A DNA stretch of 64,000 nt. Origin: Candidatus Poseidoniaceae archaeon. Lineage in GTDB: Archaea; Thermoplasmatota; Poseidoniia; Poseidoniales; Poseidoniaceae. The stretch is from NCBI GenBank assembly GCA_949372875.1, contig CASIAW010000005.1:98586-162585 (forward strand), read 5' to 3'. Numbering within the stretch: position 1 is the first letter of the stretch; each line of letters begins with the position of its first letter. The notes under the pieces were generated by a model that saw only the letters and a program-made list of their open reading frames with translations, did not search any database and had not been told where the DNA came from. Below are positions 1 through 10,000 of this stretch, in pieces. A program made the translations under genes and the position numbers.

Positions 1-213
1 CCGCTGGTTGTGCTATCGAAACCCAAGGGGTCTGATTCCATATTCCAGTTATATCCTCACTTGTAAAACCAATAAAAACGTCATCAAGAGCCGTTTTTTC
101 AACAGAATCACTGCGCTTGCCATGAGAGGTATATCCTTCAAGAAGCGGAGAAGTAAGGCTACTCAGAACGAACATCAGGGCCAAAAGAAGACCTGACCTC
201 CTCGAGTCCATGT
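1..213 (-). CDS. Partial CDS (N-terminal part, runs off the window start). Predicted secreted or membrane protein with an N-terminal hydrophobic signal (MDSRRSGLLLALMFVLSSL...)
   Basis: Manual reverse-strand translation from the ATG at 213..211 gives an open frame to the window edge with signal-peptide-like hydrophobic N-terminus. Not in the ORF track because it is truncated. Confidence 0.3.
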
Positions 214-366
214 TTCCGGCTAACATCAATAGGGTTTAGCAGTGCCGGATGAGAAACGGTCTATCAGGTTCGGCTTTCAAAAAAGCGTGGCGAAAATCTC
301 TTTTGGAGAGTTTTTCATGGAGAAACTGCGAACTTGATAAGTAAGGTGGCCTCACATGGTTGACTG

Positions 367-990
367 ATGGCAGAACTCTACATGGCACGAACATGCAAAT
401 GGGGCATTCTACGCGTTGTCGGTGGTGACGTATGGAATCACTCCGGTGATGTGCTCATCACGCCTGCCAATAACCGACTTTCTGGTCGTGAAGGATTGGA
501 TGCTCTTATCCATGCAAAAGCGGGCCCAGAATTGACACAAGTCACTCGTAATATTTGTCTAGAAATGCGGAAAATTAACGCCCCGCCATGCGCAGTTACT
601 CAGAATGTCGTCACTGAGCCATATGACTTGGCTGAGAATTATAAACACATTATTCACGTTGTTGGACCAGATTGCCGACGGCCGAATCAAGACGAAGCAC
701 GGCGTGAACTGCTTCCAGAAACATACGTCAATCTGTTCGAGACTTTGTCAGAAATGAAAGATGTAAAATCGATCATATCGCCTCCTCTTTCAATGGGCAT
801 TTTTGCTTACCCACACCGTGAAGGTGCTCGATTAACACTCGAAATCATCCTTGGAAAACTTAACGGAGAAGAAGACCCTGGGTTTTCCGAATATACAATT
901 GTTGTAAAGGAGAAGAACTTTATTTCAAACATGAGAACTGTTTACAGAGAAACTGAAGACCAGTTACCTGGTTTTGATTCAACCTCATGA
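367..990 (+). CDS. Macro-domain protein (ADP-ribose binding / O-acetyl-ADP-ribose deacetylase-like)
   Basis: N-terminal motif VLITPANNRLSGREGLDALIHAKAGPEL resembles the macro-domain consensus (VNAANxxLxGGGGVxxAIHxAAG). Length 207 aa. Confidence 0.65.
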   Translation: MAELYMARTCKWGILRVVGGDVWNHSGDVLITPANNRLSGREGLDALIHAKAGPELTQVTRNICLEMRKINAPPCAVTQNVVTEPYDLAENYKHIIHVVGPDCRRPNQDEARRELLPETYVNLFETLSEMKDVKSIISPPLSMGIFAYPHREGARLTLEIILGKLNGEEDPGFSEYTIVVKEKNFISNMRTVYRETEDQLPGFDSTS

Positions 991-996
991 GGCTTT

Positions 997-1848
997 TTGA
1001 TGGTTGACCTCGCTGCGATGGTCTCGAGTACTCTCTCCTCGGAGAGACGTTCTTTTCAATCGGCATTGATGCTTGCAAACAGTGTTCGAAAAGTAAAATT
1101 AGTAGCCGAAGTTCTTCCCCCTGAACTTTCTCTTACCGTTCTTTCAAGCCAAAATAGAGTCGTTGAATCCCTCAATGAAAGTGGAATTGTAAGTTCTTTG
1201 CTTGAAGAGAACCTCACATCGCAAGGTTTGAGCGTCCTCAATCACATGCACGATTTGGTACTACAAGCAATAGGTGAAGGGAACCTTACCAGTGGAGAGC
1301 GAATGTTGGTTATACTTGCTGAACCAATAGATGGTGTTTTTGTAATCGATACTTCAACCTTAAATTCCAACAGATTTGCTACTTTAGCACAGGAGTTTCA
1401 TATTGATCTCGAAGTGCTAACCAAAATGATGCAACTTGCTCGCCACATCGGTTCACGAGGAAGAGAGGGGCATGCTATTGGAGCATTATTTGCAATCGGC
1501 CCACTGCCAGGGTTAAGAAAGCATACAACTGCACTTGTCCTTAACCCATTCAAAGGACACAGTGCAGAGAAACGAAGTGTCTTGCATGACGGAAATCATG
1601 AAACTCTCGCCGAATTTGCTTGGCTCGATGGTGCTATTTTGTTTAATCGTGACGGAGTCGCAAGTGACGCTGGTAGGTATATCCAAGTCCCAGCAGGCAT
1701 CGTCCCAAAGGCCGGAGAAGGGGGGCGGCATCTGGCAGCACGAGCTATTTCTCAATTGGTCGAAGGTATCGCAGTCTGCGTCTCCTCAACTGGAACAATT
1801 ACGGTGTATGCCAACGGAAGAGATCGTTACAAGGTCAAATTGAACTGA
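997..1848 (+). CDS. dacZ: Diadenylate cyclase (DAC / DisA_N domain; archaeal DacZ-like c-di-AMP synthase)
   Basis: C-terminal half carries DAC-domain signatures (HAIGALFAIGP..., DGAILFNRDG, GGRHLAARAIS..., TGTITVYANG). Sits 6 nt after the macro-domain gene. Confidence 0.65.
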   Translation: MMVDLAAMVSSTLSSERRSFQSALMLANSVRKVKLVAEVLPPELSLTVLSSQNRVVESLNESGIVSSLLEENLTSQGLSVLNHMHDLVLQAIGEGNLTSGERMLVILAEPIDGVFVIDTSTLNSNRFATLAQEFHIDLEVLTKMMQLARHIGSRGREGHAIGALFAIGPLPGLRKHTTALVLNPFKGHSAEKRSVLHDGNHETLAEFAWLDGAILFNRDGVASDAGRYIQVPAGIVPKAGEGGRHLAARAISQLVEGIAVCVSSTGTITVYANGRDRYKVKLN

Positions 1849-1849
1849 G

Positions 1850-2455
1850 TCACTCCGATTCATCAGAGACGAGACGAGAGTCTAACTTTGATTCCACAGA
1901 TTTTAGAGATGCCGTGGTTGAGATGAAGTCCATACGAACAGCATCCAGATTTGAATGATTCAAATTTCGTTCAATGCTCATTTTCGTTCGATTCATTGAC
2001 GCTACTCGTTGCGTTCTGTCCTTTGGGCGGAGAACGTCTCCTCGTTGACTCATCAGCCATTCCTCAAGCAATGCTTGACCCCACTCTGGCGCTCGGAGTC
2101 GGGCAGCGAGATGAATTTCTAGATTACGATGTCGAAAACGAACCCGGCCATCAGCAGTTCGAATGGCTTGTATAGACCCTGGATTCCATCGATCCAAAGG
2201 TATCTGAAGATGTTCTTGGCAGATGGCCAAACCTTCTTGCGTTATCGTAAAATCAGCGATAAGCACACTTCGATGTAGGCGCATAAAGACTTGAGCTACA
2301 TCCTCATCAACGAACCATTCTGAAATGCCAAGGGGGGATTGACCCCATTCTTCTTCGCACCAATTCGCAAGAGCGCGTTCCAGAGATGTGTCCATGGACA
2401 AGGGTTTGGTCGAACCATCATCAACTTTGTTGAGAAAAAGTCTGTCAAGTTTCAA
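1850..2455 (-). CDS. Hypothetical protein
   Basis: 201-aa ORF filling the gap between neighbouring genes. No recognisable motif. Confidence 0.4.
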   Translation of the reverse strand: MKLDRLFLNKVDDGSTKPLSMDTSLERALANWCEEEWGQSPLGISEWFVDEDVAQVFMRLHRSVLIADFTITQEGLAICQEHLQIPLDRWNPGSIQAIRTADGRVRFRHRNLEIHLAARLRAPEWGQALLEEWLMSQRGDVLRPKDRTQRVASMNRTKMSIERNLNHSNLDAVRMDFISTTASLKSVESKLDSRLVSDESE

Positions 2456-2479
2456 GGAGAAGGAGTGTTTGCATCAACC

Positions 2480-3937
2480 ATGGATGGGGCATGGGGGTCG
2501 GTGCAAGCCGATTGGAGATTCGTGGTTTTACTCATCTTTGCATGGTACATCATGCTTCGCTTATGGGAAAAAGATGGTACTCTTGACCGATGGAACGCTT
2601 CACGTGTGTTCGGCGTAATTTTGATGGTTCGAAGTAATCGAGGTTTGAAAACTCTGGAACGTGTTGCGCGTCCGCGACGATTTTGGCGAATCTATGGAGA
2701 AGTGTCGCTTTGGCTCTGTTTATTGTGCATGTTCGTTGTTGCGCTCATGATGATTCTCGCATTTGTAACTTCAGTATTGTCACCACCTTCAGCAAGTCCA
2801 CCAACGGCGAGTGAACTCGTTGCGATTCCCGGAATAAATCCAATGATTCCTTTGGGATGGGGTACAATGGCGTTTGTCATTGCACTGGTCATTCATGAAT
2901 TCGGACATGGGCTACTTGCCAGAGCGCACGGTATGCGCATACGTGCATTTGGCCTTCTCCAATTAGGACCACTACCGCTTGGTGCTTTTGCCGAGCCCCA
3001 ATACCAAGAATTACACAAAGCCCCTAGGAAAGAGAGAATGAGAATGTTTGCGGCTGGACCTGCAACGAATTTATTTGCGGCATTCATCTGTTTGTTACTG
3101 CTCGGTGGACTGGCTGGTAGCTTTACATCTACTTCCGATAACCCTCATGTTCGTGGCATCATCAAGGACGCAGGTGCGGATAATGCAGGTATGCAGCCAT
3201 GGGACACGATATTGAGGATTGATGATGTTGAAATTCATGGTCAAGAAGGGTTTCAAACTGTAATTCAAGGATATCAGGCTAACGATACCATCGTTGTTGA
3301 TGTCCGTCATGAAAATGGATCGTTGGAGAGTGTAGATCTGTTACTTTCCGACAAATACGATTACTATATCGAACTGGGTTGGAGTGAATCGAACCTTGAA
3401 GCACTTGGAATTCAACAAGGTGATGCATTTGTTGGTGTCGAGGGAATCAGCCCGAGTACTGCCGGAATTGATCGGCTCGCCGGTCCCTTTTCTCCGAGAT
3501 TTGAAGGAGGTGTTGCAAGTCAAGTCATCTATACACCGATTCACATACTCAACATGATGATTCTTCCCTTTGAATTGCAAGGTGTTTCAATGCATCCTGT
3601 CGAAGAGGCTATGCTCATACCTGCTGATGGATTCATTGGCGAGAGCCTTGGGATGACTGGGCTGTTATTCATTGTCAATTTCTTCTTTTGGCTGATGTGG
3701 GTAAATATTCTTCTCGGATTCACCAACCTCCTCCCAATGGTGCCTTTTGATGGAGGGCATTTGTTCAAAGATTGGTTGAATGGTAACCTGAATCGGTTGA
3801 AGAAAATTGGCAAAAAAACAAGACTATGGAACATTCATCCGATGTGGGTTGCACATATCTCAAACAAGGCCTCAAGCCTTTCATCGATTGCATTACTGGT
3901 AATGTTGCTGTTTGTACTCTTCATCCCATACATCTAA
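2480..3937 (+). CDS. Site-2 protease (M50 family intramembrane zinc metalloprotease, RseP-like, with a PDZ-like central region)
   Basis: HEFGHGLLARAHG (HExxH) in a TM segment and a second motif LLPMVPFDGGH. Multi-pass membrane profile. The start was moved to the internal ATG at 2480 to avoid overlap with the upstream minus-strand gene; the ORF itself opens at 2339. Confidence 0.75.
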   Translation: MDGAWGSVQADWRFVVLLIFAWYIMLRLWEKDGTLDRWNASRVFGVILMVRSNRGLKTLERVARPRRFWRIYGEVSLWLCLLCMFVVALMMILAFVTSVLSPPSASPPTASELVAIPGINPMIPLGWGTMAFVIALVIHEFGHGLLARAHGMRIRAFGLLQLGPLPLGAFAEPQYQELHKAPRKERMRMFAAGPATNLFAAFICLLLLGGLAGSFTSTSDNPHVRGIIKDAGADNAGMQPWDTILRIDDVEIHGQEGFQTVIQGYQANDTIVVDVRHENGSLESVDLLLSDKYDYYIELGWSESNLEALGIQQGDAFVGVEGISPSTAGIDRLAGPFSPRFEGGVASQVIYTPIHILNMMILPFELQGVSMHPVEEAMLIPADGFIGESLGMTGLLFIVNFFFWLMWVNILLGFTNLLPMVPFDGGHLFKDWLNGNLNRLKKIGKKTRLWNIHPMWVAHISNKASSLSSIALLVMLLFVLFIPYI

Positions 3938-4615
3938 TCAAGAACGGCGTCGGGCGAGCTCAGCAAGCACATCCAATGGTTTGTTGGTAATCGTTTGAGC
4001 AGGAAGGATTTCTTCGAGTTCAGTTGAGGGTAACGTGGGTGAAAAAAGATTGTTCCTTAACGTTCGAACTTCTAAATTATGTAAAGCATGATTTTCTGAG
4101 CCAGCAGAAGAGCAGACAAGAGCGATGAAGGCGTGCAGTGGCATTCCATCTTCCCAATTGAGATATACCGAGCCATTACGGGTTGTTGGGAAAGCAGGTA
4201 TAGACTTTTCAAGTTGGCGAAGACGTCCAGAAAGATTTTGTGTTTCTACCCGAAAGATCCTCCATGAATCCCCTCGAATACCTTTCTGTCGATGGGCATA
4301 CAGCGGCATAAGGTTACATCTTTCGCCCTCATAGACCATTGCTTCATACTGAAGTTTCGTTCGGCCAGAAAGATAGAGTTTCGTTGCGCGAGTAGATTTC
4401 ACTTCAATTGGGAAACATAAATCTCCTCGTAGAGCCAATAAATCACCTGTACCTTCCATGCCGGAACCTGCTGCTCGAACAACCAAAAAAGGACGTTCAA
4501 TCACTTGACGCATCTTTTGTTTTTCAAGCGGGTTGCACGATCGAATCACTGAATCAACACCCTTCGGAACTCCAGCAAGAACCTGCCGCAATTCCCGCTC
4601 ATATTGGCTCGACAC
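3938..4615 (-). CDS. hjc: Holliday-junction resolvase Hjc-like nuclease (restriction-endonuclease fold) with a C-terminal extension of about 80 aa
   Basis: YERELRQVL..., FLVVRAAGSG..., GDLLALRGDLCFPIEVKS match the Hjc catalytic core (ERELV / RAxGSG / DIIA...IEVK). 225 aa is longer than canonical Hjc (about 140 aa). Confidence 0.55.
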   Translation of the reverse strand: MSSQYERELRQVLAGVPKGVDSVIRSCNPLEKQKMRQVIERPFLVVRAAGSGMEGTGDLLALRGDLCFPIEVKSTRATKLYLSGRTKLQYEAMVYEGERCNLMPLYAHRQKGIRGDSWRIFRVETQNLSGRLRQLEKSIPAFPTTRNGSVYLNWEDGMPLHAFIALVCSSAGSENHALHNLEVRTLRNNLFSPTLPSTELEEILPAQTITNKPLDVLAELARRRS

Positions 4616-4652
4616 AGATATTCATCACTGTCAATCGTTCTTGATAACTTCG

Positions 4653-5483
4653 GTGAAAGTTCAACATTACTTGGTGGTTTTGAAGACCTATCGGAACGCC
4701 CGCAGAGGCGGAAGATTAGTTAATCTCGGAAAACAAGAATTGTATGTGCCTCGGTTAGCAATACGCACCATTGATTTCAAATTAGCATTTAGGTTAATGA
4801 ATGAACTCAAAAAGCGAGGGTTGAGGTTTATTCTACTCGAACACGATGCGGTTCTTCCTGAAGCGGACATGATTTGGTTTGGTAGTGAAATTGAAGTTGT
4901 AAAGTTCCGCGACGAAGGTCAACCGATTATGACTGCCCCCGATTCGGTCAAAGAGGCTGTTGACAATGCTGTTCGACAGATGAGAGGGATTAAACAAGTT
5001 CACCAATTGTGTTTTGGGATAGACCCTGGTCCACGACCTGGACTTGCTTGGCTTGCTGATGGTGTTGTCTTAGGCGTTGCTCAATTTGAACAAATTGAAA
5101 ACCTTGCAGCGCAAATTATCGGGATTTCATCCGCTCTGGAATACAAACAGAGAGTGGTCCGAATCGGAGATGGAGCGCCCTTGAATCGTGACCGAATCAT
5201 CAATGATTGCCTCACTCATCAACTGGATATCGAAGTGGTCAATGAAGCGAAAACATCGCGTGGTCTACTACGTCACAATCACGTCATCTCTGCGATTCGT
5301 ATTGCTTTGATTTCCGGTGAACGTGCCTGGGACTTCCGAGAGGTTCACCCAACTGAAGGCGAAATAAGGGAAATTCAACGACAAAGTCGTAAAAAAAGCA
5401 ATGGCCGGAAAACCATTTCATCAGCCATAGCACATGCAGTGGCTTGTGGCGATTTGTCCTTGGAAGAGGCACTGCAAGAGTAA
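4653..5483 (+). CDS. RNase H-fold (RuvC/YqgF-like, DUF460-like) protein. Start codon uncertain.
   Basis: GIDPGPRPGLAWLADGVVLGV resembles the N-terminal strand/Asp motif of RuvC/YqgF-type nucleases. The listed ORF start (4533) would overlap hjc by 83 nt. In-frame GTG 4653, GTG 4674 or ATG 4797 are alternatives. Confidence 0.4.
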   Translation: MKVQHYLVVLKTYRNARRGGRLVNLGKQELYVPRLAIRTIDFKLAFRLMNELKKRGLRFILLEHDAVLPEADMIWFGSEIEVVKFRDEGQPIMTAPDSVKEAVDNAVRQMRGIKQVHQLCFGIDPGPRPGLAWLADGVVLGVAQFEQIENLAAQIIGISSALEYKQRVVRIGDGAPLNRDRIINDCLTHQLDIEVVNEAKTSRGLLRHNHVISAIRIALISGERAWDFREVHPTEGEIREIQRQSRKKSNGRKTISSAIAHAVACGDLSLEEALQE

Positions 5484-6506
5484 TTATTCTTCTTCATAGT
5501 ACTGCTTCAACTGCTCAGATGCCGCTTGTTCAAATTCGGGAGCACCCGTCATCAATCGCCGGATGAGTGGTTCAAAGAGCATTGGTAATACCAAGACACC
5601 ACCTATGATGAGAAACAGTATGAAAAATGATGAACTAGGAACATAACTCGTTCCTGGAGTTCCTTCACCACTGACCATCAGTTTAACAGTACCCAACCAT
5701 GGAATTTCCCCCCCACCGACTCCAATGAGCCATGAAGAGCGAATTGGCCCAACTGTTCCAGATGCGCTGTGAACACCCGATGAACCGTTCACTGCTTGAG
5801 AGCCTTGGTCGACTGAACAGTTGTTATTATCGCCAAGAGTTAGAATCCCCGCATGCCGTGGCTCCCATTGCCAAACCACCAAATATGGTTCCACATTTGC
5901 ATGAGCCATTCGTTTGCAATCGTAATATCCAGCCTTGACTCCATCAAAATGAACCGTGACTTTTTCGACATCGATGACTTCAGTTCCAGGAACATCCCAT
6001 GTAAGGACACAAACACCCATTAAGCCATTTTCATCCAACGATTCAGAATCATAGGTACCTCCTTCAGGGCAATGTTCAGAATTGGAAGAATCTGTGGTTG
6101 CATCTCGATCTGGAGTCAATATTTGGTTCGGCACTACTTCCATTATTGCTCGGTGAATGATTGGCGTACCTGCTTCACCGTTCTTCTTGTAGATGATGAC
6201 ATCACCACCGAGACCATGTTGAGAATATCCAAATTTGGAATTACCTACCTCTGTTGCTTCTGCAAAGGTAACGATGGTGTCAAAATCGTGATTGTGAACG
6301 AGAACTAAATCTCCCGCATCAATACTACCTACTTCGCCGTCTATATCATGAATCATTGAAGAAGATTCAACCACAACCAGTGGCGGCATTGAGCCTGTGT
6401 GTGCGTAGAGTGCCAAAATGAGTAAGCCAATCATGCCAGCTGCAAGAAGAAGTTCTCGAACAAGTGTCTTTAGCGGGTCACTGTCACTCACGCATTGCCC
6501 CCTCAA
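5484..6506 (-). CDS. Signal peptidase I (S26 / Sec11-type) with a C-terminal extension and TM anchor
   Basis: N-terminal TM, then the catalytic Ser motif VVVESSSMIHDI and GDLVLV box typical of archaeal/eukaryotic-type signal peptidases. C-terminal hydrophobic segment. Confidence 0.65.
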   Translation of the reverse strand: MRGQCVSDSDPLKTLVRELLLAAGMIGLLILALYAHTGSMPPLVVVESSSMIHDIDGEVGSIDAGDLVLVHNHDFDTIVTFAEATEVGNSKFGYSQHGLGGDVIIYKKNGEAGTPIIHRAIMEVVPNQILTPDRDATTDSSNSEHCPEGGTYDSESLDENGLMGVCVLTWDVPGTEVIDVEKVTVHFDGVKAGYYDCKRMAHANVEPYLVVWQWEPRHAGILTLGDNNNCSVDQGSQAVNGSSGVHSASGTVGPIRSSWLIGVGGGEIPWLGTVKLMVSGEGTPGTSYVPSSSFFILFLIIGGVLVLPMLFEPLIRRLMTGAPEFEQAASEQLKQYYEEE

Positions 6507-6508
6507 GT

Positions 6509-6952
6509 TTACCGTCGAAGTCCTTTGCTTTCAAGGAATGCTGTCCATGAAGCATCGTGGCCTGCACCCAGTGCGTCAGCGGCTTCGTTCCCTTCTTCTC
6601 TACGTCGACGTAATTCTGAGGTTGAGTCAATGGCCTTTAGGTCCTCGAGCGTGCCAACATGGCTTCGCAAAGAAAGGAATTCTGGTAGAACAACAAGAAG
6701 CGCTGCTGCGGAGAAGACGCCTAAGGCAATAGCGTGACCAGTGAAATCACCCCAAGTAGTGTGATTTTGGAGAAATAAGAGTTGGTAGGCAGAAGTCAAA
6801 AAGAGTATACCAAACGAACCACAGAGTGTAGCTGTGATGCCTAATTGACGCCCGTGTTGTTGTTGCCACCAATTTGAAATGAGTCCCATCTTCTGTCCGC
6901 CTCTGATGGACGATAGGTGCTCGCCTTCTTTTTTGTATCGCTTCAAAGTCAA
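6509..6952 (-). CDS. Hypothetical small membrane protein
   Basis: 147-aa ORF with 2-3 hydrophobic helices. Immediately downstream of the signal peptidase on the same strand. Confidence 0.4.
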   Translation of the reverse strand: MTLKRYKKEGEHLSSIRGGQKMGLISNWWQQQHGRQLGITATLCGSFGILFLTSAYQLLFLQNHTTWGDFTGHAIALGVFSAAALLVVLPEFLSLRSHVGTLEDLKAIDSTSELRRRREEGNEAADALGAGHDASWTAFLESKGLRR

Positions 6953-7090
6953 TATTTGAAATTCGTTCGTAAAATCACTTTACCAGTTTCTTGAAAAGCC
7001 TCACCTCAAGAATAGATTCACAATTGACCTGACGGGGCGAAGTTCAAATGCTTTGTAGAGCGTGGGCCAAAGGCCCACTGAGGGAAAACG

Positions 7091-10000
7091 GTGTTTACCA
7101 TGCAAAAAGCTCTTTTTTTAACTCTCCTTTTCTTGATGTCGTTAGTTGCTCCAATGGCATCCAGTGCAACCGTTGAAACGCAATTCACCGATGGAACGTC
7201 TTCGTACAGGCACACCTTTTCCGGCACAGGAAGTGGAACGGCGGGGGAACTTACGATTCCTTGGGGAGCGGAAGTGACTGCTGCACAGTTTAATTTGAGA
7301 GGAGAAGCGAGTTCAACCTCCTATTCCAACTTCACAACCGATGCTCACTTCGGAGGTACTGGAGATAACACTTGGTCGGGAAGCCCCCCTTCCCCATTCA
7401 CTTCAGGAAGCCGTTCAAACATGGATGTTGCCTCTCAGTCAATGTCCTTGAAAGGAAACCCTTCGGTTCAATCCATTGACTTCGCGCGTTCTTCAAGCAT
7501 ACAATCAAAAGTCAATGTACATCAAAATACAACAGGACAATTTGCCTCCCTCTCCGACCAAGGTTACACCGGGTTGACAAAGAAATCTCCTCAATTTAGT
7601 GTCAGCACAAGTGCTTCCTGGGGCTATATTGGCGTTGTTGTATTGGTCGACCATGAATATCACATCATGAAATATTCGTCTTCAAGCCTCTACAACACAC
7701 CTACAATTCTTCGCATTAACTCCACAACAGGCGCCTATATTGGAACTGCATCGTTGAATACCAACGGCTGCAGTTCATCTTCATACTACAATATGGTTGA
7801 TGCAACGGTTGATGGAACCACAGTTTACACTGCCCATTACACGAGTTACTATCTGACAAAATGGTCTGTCGTCACCACTGGTACGGCAAAATCATGGCGT
7901 TGTGATGGTTCATGGAATGCATTCAGTAACACTTACGTCACCGGAGTTGACATTGATGATGCAACTGGCAAACTCTATGTTGCTACATATTCTTATTCAG
8001 CCAATACCCACTACCTTAACGAAGTGAGTAAAACTTCTCCTTCTTCAATTCAGGGAACTTGGACTTTAGCGACCGGTTCGACAGTCTCTCGTTATGGGGC
8101 AGGAATGATCGTTAACATGCCGACCATCATCTACAACGAATACGACCAACAATACGTTAGCGGTGTGGGTTACAATTACGACTCATACCATCATTTCTTC
8201 ACTATGCGTGGAAATTTCATCGAACACATGGGTGAAGTTGCTGTTCCCGAAGGTGGACATTATGGCATGGTAGAATCGGAATTAGGGCAATTTAGTTTCT
8301 CATGCCACTATTACAGCACGACATACTGCAGCAGTTCAACCCGGCATAAAATCAACAATTTTGGAGATGGAGCTCTATTTGAACAACGCGCACACTCAAC
8401 AACGACCGGTTCCATTATAGGTACTGCATTTACGACCTCTAAAGCAATTGATACTTTGAAAATCAGTAGTATTCTGGGATATGTCCCCACCGGAACAAGT
8501 ATCAGCGTCGACATCTCAAACGATGGAGGAAGCACGTGGAGGCATGTAACCTCAGGTCAAACAATAACATTCCCGCAAAGTAGCACATCCTTTGTTTGGC
8601 GAGCGACGCTGAATGGGACCGCTTCAAAAGCACCGATTCTTGATGGTGTTGGAATTGAATACATCACCTCATACGTCACCTCATCGTACATGTATGCCTA
8701 CCAGTACGTTGGTTCCGGGACAAAAAGTGTCGTTGCAGCCACCATTACATGGGATGAAGTATTGCCTCCCAGCACCTCGCTGCGGGTTTATTTTGGTTTC
8801 ACCACTTCAAGTACCTGCACTTCGACGAGCGCTGGCGTTTTGACTTTCACTCAATCGAATCAAACCAAATCAGTAACGGGAACAGGATACTACATGTGTA
8901 TGCGAGTTCAATTATCCACTTCCAATTCAGGAGTAACTCCTTCGATATCGAATATCTCTATCGCTCAGCACTCAAACGCACCTTCGCAACCTGGAATAGA
9001 TATCAACGGAAACTCGAGCTGGGCACGAGCATCACAAGATGGTGCATTACTCGGACCATTAGCCGTGACGCATCAATCAGGTGGAATCAACAATATTCTC
9101 AAACACTTTAATGATGCCATTCCAGATACTGGTTCAGGATTCAGCAACATTTCAATTGAGTTGGTTGCTGCTTCATCGGGAATATTGATTCTCGAGTCGT
9201 TTGCAATCACCTACACAATGAACACTGTTAACCTGGATATCGACATTCCAGAAGGTGAAATCCTGCATGAACGTTTAGAGCCATATGAAGTCGTAACTCG
9301 TCACATTATCGGCGAAGATGCCTCCAGTATGTCAGAAGCAAGTCTTACTCTTATCACCAATTCAATTGCCAAAAATCCGACCCTCTATTGGACAAATGGC
9401 GATGTATTCCCGAGTCCAAATGACCCCGAAGATTACATTGAATTGGATGCGAGCTCTTGGTCCTCAACCAATAATGGAATCTTAGAAGTGCATTGGATAT
9501 TCCATGTGACTTCTGAATTCCCGGACCAGAGTAATGTTCGTTTTAGAACGGGATGCATGGATAACTCAGGTTCTGCTGGATATTCTCCTCTTGATTTGAC
9601 AAGTTCCACTGGGTTGGAAGTCAACAGAACTTTTGGCCTTGGATGGTTAAAGGTCCGTGACAATGATGGTGCCTTAGTGATGGACGATGTTCCTGACAAT
9701 TCATGGGTTGCTGCAGGTGAAACGCTTTACTTCCAAGGCGCAATGTGGTTCCAAAATACTGAAGATGCGCCAAAAGACAGTGCATTTGACGTGCGCGTTT
9801 CTCGCAATGGTTGGGTTGAAAGTACTGCACGTGATACGACCAATAACAACGGCAGTTTCTTCATCTCTGTTGATCTTCCAGACATTGATGTTGAGTCGGG
9901 CTTGACCTATGAAGTTCAGACCTATAACGAGAAGGAGCCAACGCATGTAATGCAACCGAATTCGGATTGGCAACGTACTTTCTTAGTCGATGCTACTGCA

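Noticed and set aside
8-196. 62-aa plus-strand ORF at the window start
   Set aside because: It overlaps a more convincing minus-strand secreted-protein N-terminus and has no supporting signal. It is likely spurious.
4533-4652. ORF-track start of the RNase-H-fold gene at 4533
   Set aside because: That start would overlap the Hjc-like gene by 83 nt on the opposite strand. In-frame GTG or ATG starts downstream are more plausible, so the first 120 nt are treated as non-coding for this gene.
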